The notes beneath the pieces were generated by a model. That model did no database searches and was not told the origin of the DNA. It worked only from the letters and a program-made list of their open reading frames with translations. This document shows, piece by piece, positions 1 through 14,100 of a DNA stretch of 64,000 bases. Each line of letters starts with the position of its first letter. Positions within the stretch are counted from its first letter, which is position 1. Origin of the DNA: Mytilus californianus (lineage: Eukaryota); contig NW_026262712.1 of the NCBI RefSeq assembly GCF_021869535.1, positions 38,874,001-38,938,000 on the forward strand, given 5' to 3'. The translations under genes were made by a program, and so were the position numbers.

Positions 1-2680
1 TTTTTGCGCATACGTTTGCAAGATTACCGATTGATTATGTATTGACAAGGGGCATATTTTTCAGAGAAACTGTCAAAAGTGAAGAAAACCCAGAACATCA
101 GAAGAACGTTAGGTTTGTATTTATATTAGCCATTAAATGCAGATGTTTACGATATGTTTATTTCTATGTCAAACTCTTCTGTGAACTAACGTTCTGTACA
201 ATGTTAGTGGCAATCGAAATCCACTTTATTTTATTTTTCAGGTTTGACACAACTTTGCGAAATGTTTTCATTGGTCTTTTTCTTTGTAAAGATACAGAAC
301 AATATAGTACTTTTAATTCATAAATTTGAAAACAAATGCGTTTTTTTTTAAATCTATTTAGGGTTATTAGAGCAAAAGTGGTATGTTTAGCTTAAGTAAT
401 GCAGAATGTTTTTTTTTCAGTGTACAATACATTATGATTTTGATGTATACGTTTTTAAGAATGACAATTGTTATTAAGGAACATTTTTTTTTCAGAGAAG
501 TTTTCAAAAGTGAAGGAATTACGAATCAGCAGAAGGACGTCAGGTTTGTAGTTATAGGAACCATTAAATGCAGGTGTTTTCGATTTTTTTGTTTTCATGT
601 TAAACTCTTATGTGAAGTTCCTTTTCCTACAATATTTGTGGCCATCGAAACCCTCTTTATCTAATTTTGCAGGTTTGGCACAATTGTATGGACTATTTTG
701 TTTTCATTGGTCTTTATCTCTAGAAAAGATAAGAACAATACAGTTTAAGGTTTTCAGAGTAAACGTGGTATGTTTATATAAGGTAATGCAGATTTTTTAT
801 TTTTTTTTTTCATTTTACAATACATTAGGATTTCGATGTATACGTTTGTAAGAATGAACATTGCTATTAAGTAACATATTTGTTTTCAGAGAAATTGTCA
901 AAAGTGAAGAAAACACGAAACATCAGAAGGACGTCAGGTTTGTATTCATAGTAGCCATTAAATGCAGATGTTTACGATATATTTATTTCTATGTCAAACT
1001 CTTCTGTGAACTTACTTTTTCTATATTAATGCCAATTGAAACACACTGTTATCCTTCTCTTTTCTTTTCTTCAAGATTCAACGCAAATTTGTGGGATGTT
1101 TAGTGTCCATTGGTCCGTTTTCTCCGTATTCATTTGTTTGACCAGTGAATATATTTCAATCAAATTTTTGTAATTGTGTTACGCTTATAAGATACGTTGA
1201 TGACCTATATCCAGTGATTAGGAATCACACAATAGCGCATTGGCAACTGACTAATATCTAACCAAAGACACCACCAAATTCATTAACTTTTTACCAAGTA
1301 TATTCAATTACCCCGAAACCTGTCAAAATGTCAAATTTTGAAAATGAATTTGAACACGCTTTTCATGATTAAAGATAGACAAGAATATTACATGTATAAA
1401 CAAAACAGTCATTGAAAAACTAAAAGGCACAAAGAACAACACTTAAAACGAAAGCAAGAGCAACACGAATCCCTTTTAAACAAAACTAGAGGTAATCTCA
1501 CATGCTCCAGAACGGTAAGCAGATCCTGCTTCACATGTGTCATCCATCGTGTTCTTCGTGTGAGTACAATACAGTGAATAATATAATTCGGAAGTTAATA
1601 TTCATGGAAAGGAGTACTTGATTGTGGATACGACAATTGGAACATATCCGTCGTCATCTGTGAAACAGGTATTCAATAACAATCAACAAACTCTAGATAG
1701 CTTCCGTAACATTTTCGAAGGTTTGATTTTAACTGATAAAGTGTAAATACGGACTGAATTTCAAAATAACTACCGAATATCTATCATCAATTCCTTAAGA
1801 AGGAAAATAAACCACTATGATATATCTAATAATAACTACTGACGCGGTTCTCGTTATTTCAAGTTGCTGTTTTTAACATACAGTCCATTTTTTTTAACCT
1901 TGATAACCTTAATATAAATTAAGAAAACAAATGTGGGTTATCGCAGCAAATGTGGTTTGTTTATATAAAGGGATGAAGGATCATTTTCATTTTACAATAC
2001 ATTATCATTTTTTGCACATACGTTTGTAAGATTACCGAATTATTATTTATCGACAAGGGATATATTTTTCAGAGAAATTGTAAAAAGTGAAGAAAACCCG
2101 AAAAATCAGAAGGACATTAGGTTTGTATTTATAGTAGTCATTAAATGCAGCTTTTAACGATTGTTCTTATTTCTATGTCAAACTCTTCTGATAAATTTCT
2201 TTTTCTCTATGTTAATGCCAATCGAGACCTACTTAATTCATTTTTTTCAAGTCTGACAAAATTTTGCAGAATGTTTAGTTTTCATTGGATTTATCTCCGT
2301 AAAGATAACGATTACATAACTTTGGAGAAAACAGTATTTTTAAATTGAGGGTTATCAGAGCAAATGTGGTATGTTTATCTTTTTTTTTCCTTTTTAAAAT
2401 ATATAATGATTTTGATTGATATGTTTGTAACATTATTGAATGATCAATGTTGACAAAGGACTTTTTTTTCCAGAGAAATTGTCAAAAGTGAAGAAAACCC
2501 GAAACATCAGAAGAACGTCAGGTTTGTATTTATAATAGGTATTAACTGCAGCTGTTTATGATTGTTCTCATTTCTTCGACGGTAATGCCAATCGAAACAC
2601 ACGTGTTTTTCCTTATGTCAGCTTTGACACAATTTTGTGGAATGAGAAGTTTTCACTGGTCGTTATCTCTGTAATTCATT
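1..2680. repeat. Degenerate ~400-bp satellite-like repeat, 5 copies, interrupted at about 1150-1950
   Basis: Anchor AAAAGTGAAG..CAGAAG..GGTTTGTA recurs near 76, 505, 900, 2082 and 2484. The ORFs at 42, 383, 861 and 2145 translate to similar sequences because of this repeat. Confidence 0.85.
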
Positions 2681-2799
2681 TGCTTCTTAATGTGTTTTAT
2701 TCCACTGTAGCTGACTAAATGCGCATATGATTACTGAGAAATTAGTACAGCGGATTGGTGACAATATTGTTGGTTGATGATAAAAGCATCAAATTTGGA

Positions 2800-3200
2800 A
2801 TGGTAGTTCTTGTTTTTTCAAAGAATTTTAGCTATGAACCCACCTTGAAACTTCAAAATGACCGCCTTTTTCCAAGATGGCCGCCATAAAATATCAAAAT
2901 CAACATATATCATTTATATATGATCAAATTTAAGGTCAAATTTGGGATGGTAGTAGTGCTGGGTGTTCGGAAAAATATGAGCTATAAACCCAGTTTTTAA
3001 TTCAATATGGCGGCTTTTTCTAAGATAGCCACACAAATTATTAAAATCAATAATTTCCATTATTTTAGTTCAAATTTGTCATGTTTGTAGTGCTGGGTGC
3101 TTCGAACAATATAAGCTATGGACCCAAATTGAAACTTCAAAATGGCGGCTTTTTCCAAGATTGCCGCCATAAAATATCAAAATCAACAAAATTCACTTAT
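2800..3200. repeat. Three tandem ~140-150-bp subrepeats (AAAATGGCGGC/GCCGCCATAAAATATCAAAATCAAC)
   Basis: The motif recurs near 2850, 3000 and 3135. Confidence 0.7.
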
Positions 3201-6200
3201 AGAAGGTTACAAAGTGTTTTGTTTCGACGTATCTTCAGTAAAATCTAGTACCCTATAATACCAAGTGTATGCCACATTTATATACTATAGCCAAACATCA
3301 AAAGATTTGTAAGGAAAGTATAGAAAATCGTAACTTCGGTACATTTCTTGCAGAACTGTCGTCTACAACGAGGGATCACGTATAAACACTGGTGTTATTC
3401 TAATATTTAAGCTAGACTAAACTAAAATATTTACTTTTCGACTCGAACAGTTTTCTCTGTAATCAACTGGATGAGGACATAGTAATGATCTAATAATTGC
3501 AGTAATCTCAGGCTTGCCAGGCCATAAACAAGGCAGGTGCTTGCTTTTTCTGTTAAGTTGCAATTTAACAAGCAACCGCAACAATCTGTTTGTATGACAT
3601 TGATACTTGGAAAAAAACTGCACATGCAGGTAGTTCAAAAAGACATGATGTAGGCAAAGTCTTTTCAATAGTCATTAAAAAGATTATTTGATAATCGTTT
3701 GGCCAAATATTCAGATGCAGTCGAATTATTTCATTGAGGCAAATACGACCTTATCCATTTCAAAGTTACTTTTGTTCTATTTCTCTATTCTTCTTTAAAA
3801 TTAAATTCAACTGAACTTAAACCATCTCATAATGTATATAGGCCTTCTACTAGATGTTAGGACCAGGGAAAAAGGTACTAAATGACAAAATGTACAGTTT
3901 ACGTCTGTCATGTATGAATGGTCTAATTATCCTTTTATCTACTGGACTAGAAGATTCCACTTATGAAACATTCAAAATTGACCAGAGTATGTGGTTCCTC
4001 TCGCAAAACCTGTAGGTTTTACAACAGCAGTCGTGGATAATATTGAAAACAACAAGAGTTCAAATACGACTAAAGAATCGTTACACAGAACGACAATTTC
4101 CATATGTCAGCCTTTTCTTAGTCTAACTTGGCAAAATCGTCATAACTTTTTGCTTTGAACTTTATGCATATCACTTATAATCTCTGGTACTTTAACTAAT
4201 ATTTATGCACCAGCACAACTGTTCATAATATTGCTATAACTTAGCATATTTTTTACTATATAATCAGATATATCCTAAATACTAACCAAATATAACCATG
4301 CGTATCATACTTGCATCTAATAATAAACGTTGTATGGAAATGCACTTTGTCAATAGTCTAACAAGATATACAATGTACATGTATGCAAACCTGGTATAAT
4401 TGTTTAACTATATCCTCACTTGGTATAAACACGTTAACAAAATGATAACACAGAAGTCTTGAAGCAGATGATAATGTTAACATTAAATATGTCTGGACAG
4501 CATTCCTCACATATAGAACCAAGGCAAATGGTCATCCGCCTTTACATATTAGTCCGCATTCACCGATGGTTTAGGAAGAGATCAAATCTGCCACAACGAT
4601 TCGACATTCCTTGAATACAATCCAGCAATGTGTTAATTTTTTCCAAACATGTATCAATTATCACTTGTGATGAATCGTTTTTTTTGCTTTTAAAATCGGA
4701 ACAGTGGAAATGGCCAATCTAGCAGAACAAAAAATAGTTTTGTTTTAGGGTTTCATATAGAAATAGAATAGAAATGGCATCGTTGAGAACCATATGTGAT
4801 TGGTTAGAAAACAGTGGTTGAACAAGTGTTCAATCAAGGAAACATATTACTTAATGAATAGCAGAACTGGTCTTTAACATTAAAGAATGAACTTGACAAT
4901 TTAATATGAGATCATTAAGAGAATGTTCCTTCTAGGTGTATAAAGATTCATTTATGCTGCTTGTTAATTGGTTCTTTGCATTTTCCATCCAAATTATGGC
5001 TTTTAGTACCCGTGCGCGATATTATGCCATTTAACTATACAGTTTGAGTGTTGCAAACGTAATTTGAAAATGGTAAATGTAGATTAAGCACATGAGTAGA
5101 ATTACACACTTGTAAAAGAAAAAGGTGGGGGCAATCGGATTGACTATCAATATCGCACAACTACAGCATTAAATAGTGTTTTGTCTAGAAATGGCCATAG
5201 AAATTAACAAGTTTCAATCCGCCTTTGAAATAATTTAATGTGATCAGGTTATTCATATGATTTTCTACACCAGGAACGGATAAAATGCAAAACATTCTTA
5301 AAGCATGTGCAAGCTTTAGGCGGGAATGTATCAGCCTTTTACCTAGAGTGATACTTTGAGTGAATGCAGATGGCATTTATCACAAAGGTATCAGCCTTTT
5401 GTAATGAGGTAATAAAACGTGGTTGACAGATATAAAACGGATGTCACGGTAGATGAAAACGCGCGAGGACAATGATGTTACGTACGGCCCTGTTTAAAAT
5501 GTGGTGGGCAGTGGGGGAAACACTAAATGGGTTGTCCTTAAGAAACATTTTGAAAACTGTTGTAAAAATACGTTGTTGTATAGATAATAAAACAGATGGA
5601 GAAGATTCGTAGGCGCTGAATAATCATTAATAAAACAAATCCAGATAAGATAAAAATGAGCAAACTTGAAAGGACTAACACAAATCGCTACACAAAAATC
5701 TAAAAAATGAGCAACACCAACCCCCCAAAAACGGGGTTGATCTCATGTGCTCAAGAAGGGTCAGTAGTTCCTGTTCCACAAGTGACCTCTACCAAGGTGC
5801 TCTTGTTTAAATAGATCGATGGGTCACATCCAGTATTTAGGCACATATCATATAATAGTGGTTTCATAAATATATCTGTTCTAACCCTTTGAATTCACAA
5901 AATATAAAACATGTAAAAACCATAAGTGCATGTGAATTATCAAAAAACTTGACCGAATGTGATTGAAATAAGGTTTTCCACGCCTGTACGATGGATAAAG
6001 AAGACTTTCACTGGTTGACAACACATACATTGAAAACAAAAAGCAACTAACACAACATTGAAAGCATAAACAACACGAGTCCCTGTTCATTAAAACTAGG
6101 GGCTAACGCAGGTGTTCAGAAGGTAGTTTATTTTGTGGCCAATTCGTAGCACTTGTGATGTAACTCATTACCAGTAAAAATTCGGTAATTTATTTATCAT

Positions 6201-6736
6201 CTTAATGTTACCACAATCGAGGAAAAAAGAGGAATTGTGGCAAGGAGAAGTGGAACATATCCATTATCATTTGTGACTCAGATGGTACCTAATGGTCAAA
6301 CAAATCAGTCTGATGGCCACGGTCTCGATATTTGTTCGAATCTTTCCATTGATGATATTTTTCATTAAATTGTCTTTCAAGCAGCATCCATATATCATGA
6401 AAACGCAATCCCTAGAATATTGTATAAACTACAAAGTGCAATTCGATAGAAGAAATAAATATCAGCAAAGCCTTGGCTCAGCTTTGTTTATTTTGAATTT
6501 TTGGCGGCCATTTTGAAATTTTCCGCCATGTTGAAAAAAGATGAAGTCTAATATAACGTCATGATTTACTTAAAAAGTTGGATTACATTTTATATGTTTT
6601 TAAAAGATTTGGTTTGACTATTATGTGCTTTAGTATATACATTCTTGTAAAATTTAGACTGATTGACAGACATCTTGAAAATGGCCACCCTATTCGATTT
6701 ATCAGAGTCGGTCCATAGATTAAAATGACTACCATA

Positions 6737-7151
6737 TGAACGTTGTTTTCAATTTAGACTTGTTAATGTTTTTCGTTTGGGCTTGTATTATATTTGCCTT
6801 CGGGTTTATATGATCCGTTCATCCTATTTTGACTCTTCAAAATTCAAGAGTCAATCCCAAATTGAGGTAAATTATATGGCCTTCCAAATACCGTTTCGAT
6901 TCCTAACATCACTGAAGAGACATATGACAAAAATTAGTACACCATATCCGGATTTCGACAATTAATGTCTCTTCAGTGATGTTAGGAATCGAAACGGTAT
7001 TTGGAAGGCCATATAATTTACCTCAATTTGGGATTGACTCTTGAATTTTGAAGAGTCAAAATAGGATGAACAGATCATATAAACCCGAAGGAACATATAA
7101 TACAAGCCCAAACGAAAAATATATAAAAGTCTAAATTGAAAACAACGTTCA
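6737..7151. repeat. Long inverted repeat (foldback) with ~187-bp arms and a 41-bp spacer; probable inverted Penelope-like pLTR junction
   Basis: 6737-6923 is a near-perfect reverse complement of 6965-7151. Confidence 0.9.
6939..6982 (-). ncRNA. Minimal type I hammerhead ribozyme (Penelope-like-element type, palindromic stem III)
   Basis: Minus strand reads ACAUCA-CUGAAGA-GACA(UUAAU)UGUC-GAAA-UCCGG-AUA-UGGUGU. This gives the full core CUGANGA/GAAA, G10.1-C11.1, an AUA cleavage triplet, a 6-bp stem I with one G:U pair and the palindrome AUCCGGAU as stem III. Confidence 0.75.
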
Positions 7152-8646
7152 AACCTATGAATGCGTTGGATAAAAACTGCAATTTTTATACGCGTGCATG
7201 TAAAATAAATTTCGTTGTAGAGGAGTCTAAATACAGCACAAACAACAATTTCAAAAGACCAAAAAAAGTGAAAAATATATATAATTGTGCAAAGTTTTAT
7301 GCTTTTATCATCAAACCAACATTTCTTCTAAAATTATGCACTAATCAGCTGTACTAGACGCACATGGTGTGTATTGAAATACTCTTAATTAATATATTAC
7401 TACAATACGATATACCTTTAGTAAACTAAGTGGCTTAACAGTACGGTTACCATCAACAATTTTGATGAATTGATAAGTTTTCTTATTTGCACGTATTTAA
7501 CGGGGATCATCACTTTATATTTCCTCAGAGAGAATTCCATTAAACTTTGTCAAAATGTCGGTTTTGCTATGCTTTAAAAAAAGATACAATAAAAAGTATG
7601 GATTTCCGTGCTATTTTTGAAGATACAAGTTGTGCAAAATTGTAAAATTTTAATAGATCATCATGAAAGAACACTTTTTTTTTTATGAATAGAAATAAAT
7701 CTATGAGATATAGTTATAAAATTAAATTTTGGAAGATAGGTTTTCTAACATACCTTTAGAAAATAAAAAAGAGAAAGCGTGTCTGCGAACTAGTTTTCTT
7801 GCTACAAGTAAAAAACATTCCTTTATACAATTTTACAATTAGAGTTATTTCCCGATTTATGACTTAGTTGAAAAATAGAATCGAACAAAATTAATACTTG
7901 TTATTTATTAAAACAGACTAAAAATACAATAAATCAGCTATTTTTCCATTTTGTTTCAACATTTTGCAGATTTAAACAAAGAACTAAACCGAGTGTGAAC
8001 TACTTTTTTTTAGGGTTTCCCTTACCAAAGCATGGAAGGTTGTCACTACTTGTTTGGAAGTACCAATTTTGTATCCTCAACTCTTCCAAAACCTCTTTTT
8101 ACTATCTATTAAAACAATTCTCACATTCTTAACCGCATTATAATCTTTACACCTCCTGTTTGGTTTTGTTCTTGTGAATAATGTTTAGGGTTTTACTTTC
8201 AAAAACATTTTATCATTTTGGAGGTAACTCCTCCCCCAAACCCCTTATTACGGTTTATTTAAATCTTTTCACAATTATAACCATATTATTCAATTGTGCA
8301 CGTTCCATTTTATTTTTTAACTCGTTGTATTTAGAGTTTCCTTAACGAAAGCATGAATTTTTCAGGGGTCGAGGGTATCATTTTGGAATCTAACAATACC
8401 TTTATCGGTCTGTTGTCAATCATTATAAGACATTGAAAACAAATGTTCTTGGCATACAATTCTGTTCATTTGTAAACATACTAAAAATAGTATGAATAAG
8501 TAGAACGTTTGATTATATAGAACATGATTTCATGCAACTTTCATTCCAGGTGGCTTTTCAAGAAACATTGAAACAGATTTGAGCTAATTTAATATCGATT
8601 ATTAAACGTTGACGATAACTTTTGAGTATTTGTACTTTACAAACAG

Positions 8647-8697
8647 CAGTTACGAGTAAAGTTGGTGTTGATCAACTCATTATGAATGAGGTTTTGG
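8647..8697 (+). CDS. Micro-exon gene, 51-nt exon
   Basis: tactttacaaacag|CAGTT..TTTGG|gtaagc; open only as a phase-1 exon (VTSKVGVDQLIMNEVL). Confidence 0.45.
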
Positions 8698-11112
8698 GTA
8701 AGCAATAATAAGTCTGTAGCTCTCAGGCAAATATTACCCTCAATATATATATATAGAGAAAAAGAGCATCACCAAGTTACTCATTGACGTGTCTCAGATC
8801 TGACATAGAGAGCAACAAATCTAATTATGTAGGCTGAAAAGATTATATTGAAGTTAAAACTTTCACCGTGATAATATCGTATAAGTGTCAAATGATATTT
8901 TTACAGAGAAACAACAACAGCCACACAATACAGATACAGATGCGCCAATTGTAGGTATGTGCATATTAAGTGTTTTTGTCGGGTGATAGAAACATCAACT
9001 TTTATTTATTTTAGACAATAAACTCAAAGTTTAACTTTCACTTCAAACCAATGAAATAGAAAAACAAAGGATATGGGGTATCCATCCATGACAAAAAATC
9101 AGTACATGCACAGCAAAAAAAAACAGACAAAAAGCAAAGGAACAGCGCTTTTATTGCTGTTCTTCATCTCAAAATCACAGTGAGGCCTTCAGCACGGAGC
9201 AAAAATACTCTCAATTGCTTTTGGTTCATAGCTATGATTAGATAATAAAAAGAACTGCATGATAGTATATATTTCAATACATTAATGATAATTATTTTAA
9301 AAGAGAAAATCATCCTGAAAATATTGATATAGATATGTGTGATGACCTATAGCATCACTCTGAATGTCAGTTTATTGTCGAGTATTGTTAAGACTTTAAA
9401 TTATTAAAATAATTTTCATACTTGGTCGATTATAGTTATGTTTATCCGAAGGAAACGGAAAATATAGCCGTGTGTACACCACAACCAAAGGAATCTTAAA
9501 TTCCATGAACGTTTATAATTTTCTAAAACATAAAATGCATTAAAAATTTAATTATCTAGTTCCTGGCATGCCTTCATACTTTACCAGGTGCACAGGTTAG
9601 TCAGTACTCAGAATATTTTTTTTACATACATTTTTAACATTTTTATCCATAAAGAAGCTCATTGGTTGATCCTTATGTAAATATAATTCCCCTCTGAACT
9701 TTTTTTATTCATATCTCTGTGTAGATATATCTACCATGTTGTCTTTTGGATAGCTATTATTACTAAACAAGTTAGAGTAGGTGTCAGGTCTTTCCCATAA
9801 TAAGTCTATGTTATTTAGAAGATTTCAAAGTCAATATTTTAAAATGAATAGAACAGAACAGTTTATTGTTGAGACCATAGATCAAACAAGTGACAGGTGT
9901 CTAAGCTTACAATGTTATTCATAATTCAAGTGACTCTGATCAGAGTTATGTTAATATCATAGTCGTTAATAGCGGTTTTCGTTTGATTCAAAAAATATAT
10001 CGTCCTTATTACGAAGATGAAATACTGAATTTAACAATTTGAAGTCAATCCTTTTACGTTTTACCTTTTCAACATAGTTTCTGTTTTTAAACAAATAAGT
10101 ATACTACTTGAATGATGCTAACCATGCTTTAGTAAATATGAAAAGTAAAACATATGAGACATAAAAAAGATAGTTTAATCCTGCTTTTTGTTCTTTTGCA
10201 AAAAATCTTGTTTCATTCCTATGTTTTCAGAACCATGTTTTACGACTTGTGGGATACACTTTGATATGTGGAGATTCGAATTACAAGTTTTATTTTTTTA
10301 AGATCAAAGGATATTATACTTTTGTTTATTGTTTGATTTGAGTTGTGTAACCTTTATTCTTAATTCACATATGATAAGAATGCAATTTCTTACGTTTTGT
10401 AGTTTAACACTTTAACGCAAAACTTGTTTGTACACTAAGATATGTACAACTACAACGCTTTTCATTATTGCAATAGACCATAACTTATGGTATATAATGA
10501 GACCTATGTTTGTCAATAAAAGAGCATACGTTATTACCCATGTATAGTGTTTTCGAAAACATATATTAGTCTTAACTGATCTAAATTTCAGGACAGAAAT
10601 ATTTTCTGAGTAAGTACCTCTATTTTGATTATTCAACGAAACATATAATAAATAAAACTGCTTTCACAGAGGAGACTGTAATGTGTATTATATGACATAT
10701 CTTAGTTACTTATAGAAATCCATCTATCTAATAAATCACCATTATATGAATCCAAATATATTCATATTTTCTGTTAGTGGTAATTACTACTATCACATTC
10801 AACACAAAGATCAGAATTAAAGAGTTTTAAGACCGAGAATAGTTTCAAGGGAAACGGTACATTCATGTAGATTTTTTTGTATAATATACACTTTTTTTCA
10901 TAAGATCAATGAACATAGATAATTAGATTCATTGTTTTATTCATAACATACAAATCTAAGTTATGTGTGCAGTATGTTGTCTAATCGTAGTTGATACTAT
11001 GATATATATTTTTTTTTAGAACAAAGCCTGCATGGTAAGTATTTGAACTTAACAACAGTACTATTTTGTATTAACGGCATGTCATATTATCATAGAACTA
11101 TGAACTTAACAC

Positions 11113-11184
<72 letters not shown>

Positions 11185-14100
11185 GAACAGAGGGAGAGAA
11201 TTAAGGTAGAAAAATATCTGTTAATAAAAAAAAGTTATTTCGTCATTAATTATGTGAAGGCTTAAAATACGTCGCTTGCTAGTCAATTAATACCCGTTCA
11301 ACTGATTTTCAGAGTAGTCAACAGCGGATATATATGTGTTTTTGACAATGCATCATCAATTAAAAATAGCATTTACTGAAAAAAAAAATGATTATACAAG
11401 ATAAGTCTAAATATGGATTGAATTATAGACCGGTTGTCTTAGATCAAACATATATAACTTTACTATTCTGAAGCACATGCATAACTAGTCTTTTTTTTCG
11501 ATGGACAACGGCTAGAGACATCTTATATAGACATAATCAATCAAAGTTTGAGATACAAAACAAAGTAGTCGGGCCCTTTTGTATCTTTAAATATAACGAG
11601 CTTCTTTATAAATTCTGAAATAGACAAGCATTATCAACTTCTAGTAGAGCAGGATCAGCTTACCTTTCCGGAGCAACTGGGATCACCCCCGATTTTTGGT
11701 GGGGTTCGTAATGCCCATTTTTTATTTTGTCATGTTGTGTTTTATGTAATGTTGTTTGTCTTTTCTTTTTTTTTCTTTGTCAGTTTATTTTCGACTTATG
11801 AGCTTGAATGTCCCTTTTGAATCTTGCGCCTCTTTGTTAGATTTTTCTCACAAGAAATTTTAAGCCAACAGTATTTTATAAATGTTCAAATTTTATCAAT
11901 CGATAAAGAAAGTTATGTTTATAATTTCACCATAGATTACGATTAAAAAAAATCAGAATATTTTGCTTAAAATTGATAAAGCTAATAAAAGTATATCTGA
12001 ACATATTATAAAACACAACTTTTCGAAAAACTGCTCATTTGATCTGATGAAGTATAGTTGTTGCATATACCTATTCTCATTAGCAAGAATATTTCATGAA
12101 AACGACATAGCTTGTCTCGATCAAATTAAACAAGTTACATTGTCTAGATCAAATAACAAATTACTGACATTCTTTGTATAAAAAAAAAAAACATCTTGTA
12201 TTCAAAGCGTCCTCATAGATTTACCATCATCAGTATCATTTAAATATAGCACTTGAAACCCAGCGATGCTTAAATACGTAAAAACGTAAGGAGTTATAGA
12301 GAACAACCATAATAGACCAATTCAGCAGTGGTGTCGACTCTGAAAGCCAGATATATATGAATACGTAGAATCGCTAGTAGCTTTGTGACCAAAAGGGACA
12401 TAGCAAAAAGAGCTAAGTTCAGCTAAGGTCAAAATCGCTTGAAACAATTGGAACCTTTGTTTTATAGAAATTTATTAATGTATATGTGTTATTTTAATGC
12501 GACATATTAAGCCAAACGAAAATTTCTTGTTTACCATTATGATAGATACATTTACAATATTACACTCTTAACCTTCAATTGGAGCAGAAAGTTTTACAGC
12601 AGCAAATGACAACAAATTTAAAGACTTTTGAAGGCCGTACGGTGATCTAAAGCTGTTAACTTTTATGACATTTGGTCTGTTGTGGAGAAATGTCTCACTG
12701 GCAATCATACCACATCTTCAACGATTTATGTTTGGGTTTGAGCGTTCAAGAATGAACGATGAAGGTTAATCCACAAAAGCGCTTCGAACGCAAAAATTCA
12801 ATAAAGAGTTATTTTCATCTACTGGCACTAGGTTGATGACACTGCTGGTAGACTGTTATTCCCCGTATTACCGAGAGTATCATCAACTCAGTAGTATGTG
12901 CTTCGGAACTGACTTTTTTTTTCACGAACTTTTCTGAAATTTGCCAATGATAAACTAAAAAAATATTAAGAAACTTAAGTTCAAACTCCCTCCGGAAAAG
13001 TTGATCTTCGATGAGTTTGGCAATTTCTGGTCCATTTACATTGATTTGTTCATAACGATTTGTACGTGTTTGTCTAATATATCAATGGCTTTCAAATGCG
13101 TGATTCAAGTATTCCTGATTCGATGGTATTTTGTTGTTTTCACATTATTTCATTCTTCTTATTTGATTCTTTACCATAGTTACTATATAATAAATATACC
13201 TTTCTTTATAATTATTGCAGCAATTTGTAAGTATAATTTATTTATTTTTCTTTAAACATAAGTTGACTTCAAATTGATTAAGTGCCTAACAATGATAATG
13301 TGTAGTAATCAGAGAAATGATCAGATGTGAGTCAATTTGTTATTACAACTTGGTATTATCTTGATTATAGATACAAAAAAGCATAAAAATCAGCATTTTA
13401 TCGACTTTTGTGTTCTTCAAATAATATCTAAGCTACACTTCATTTGTGATTATTCGGTTAATTGCACCCTTACTGTTAAATGCGTATGTAGGTATGCATT
13501 GTTATTTTAATAAACAACCATTATCTATAAAATATAAACTTTTTACTTCTAATTTAATTGCGAAACATTCGTGATCTACCTGTTTGCCTCATTAAAGCTT
13601 TTTCGAGCACGCCATGGTCATGGGGGTTTCCGTTATAAAACATTGTCTTAGTGTGAACATAACGATACGTAAAGTTTAAACAATTCATCGGAACATAGTC
13701 CTTTATAATTTACTTTACATCCTAAATTCAAAAGTGTTAATATTTGCTGCATATTAATAGATTTTGCTGATATCCTTTTCCCTGAATAGCCCTGGAATAT
13801 TTGCGTTATAAAACGGACTATTGGCTTTTTCCAGCAACTGATACAACAAGATAACATATAGATTGAGGTTGGTACTTGAGGAATGTATTTCCAAACCAAT
13901 CGTACCCCAAACTCATATAGTCTACTTTTCTCATTGTTTGATATACCAAGACAGAAAAGATAACAGTATATGATAATTCTGTTTTGCTTATTTTGTTTTC
14001 ATTCTATGAAAAGGCAATATTTTTTTAATGGTATTTTACCGGTATATATATTTATAAAACTTCATTTTGCACAAATAAACCACATTCATATATATGCGAT

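Noticed and set aside
4958-5030. Signal-peptide-like MLLVNWFFAFSIQIMAF as first exon of the micro-exon gene
   Set aside because: The donor (gtaccc) is weak and hydrophobic runs are common in AT-rich DNA.
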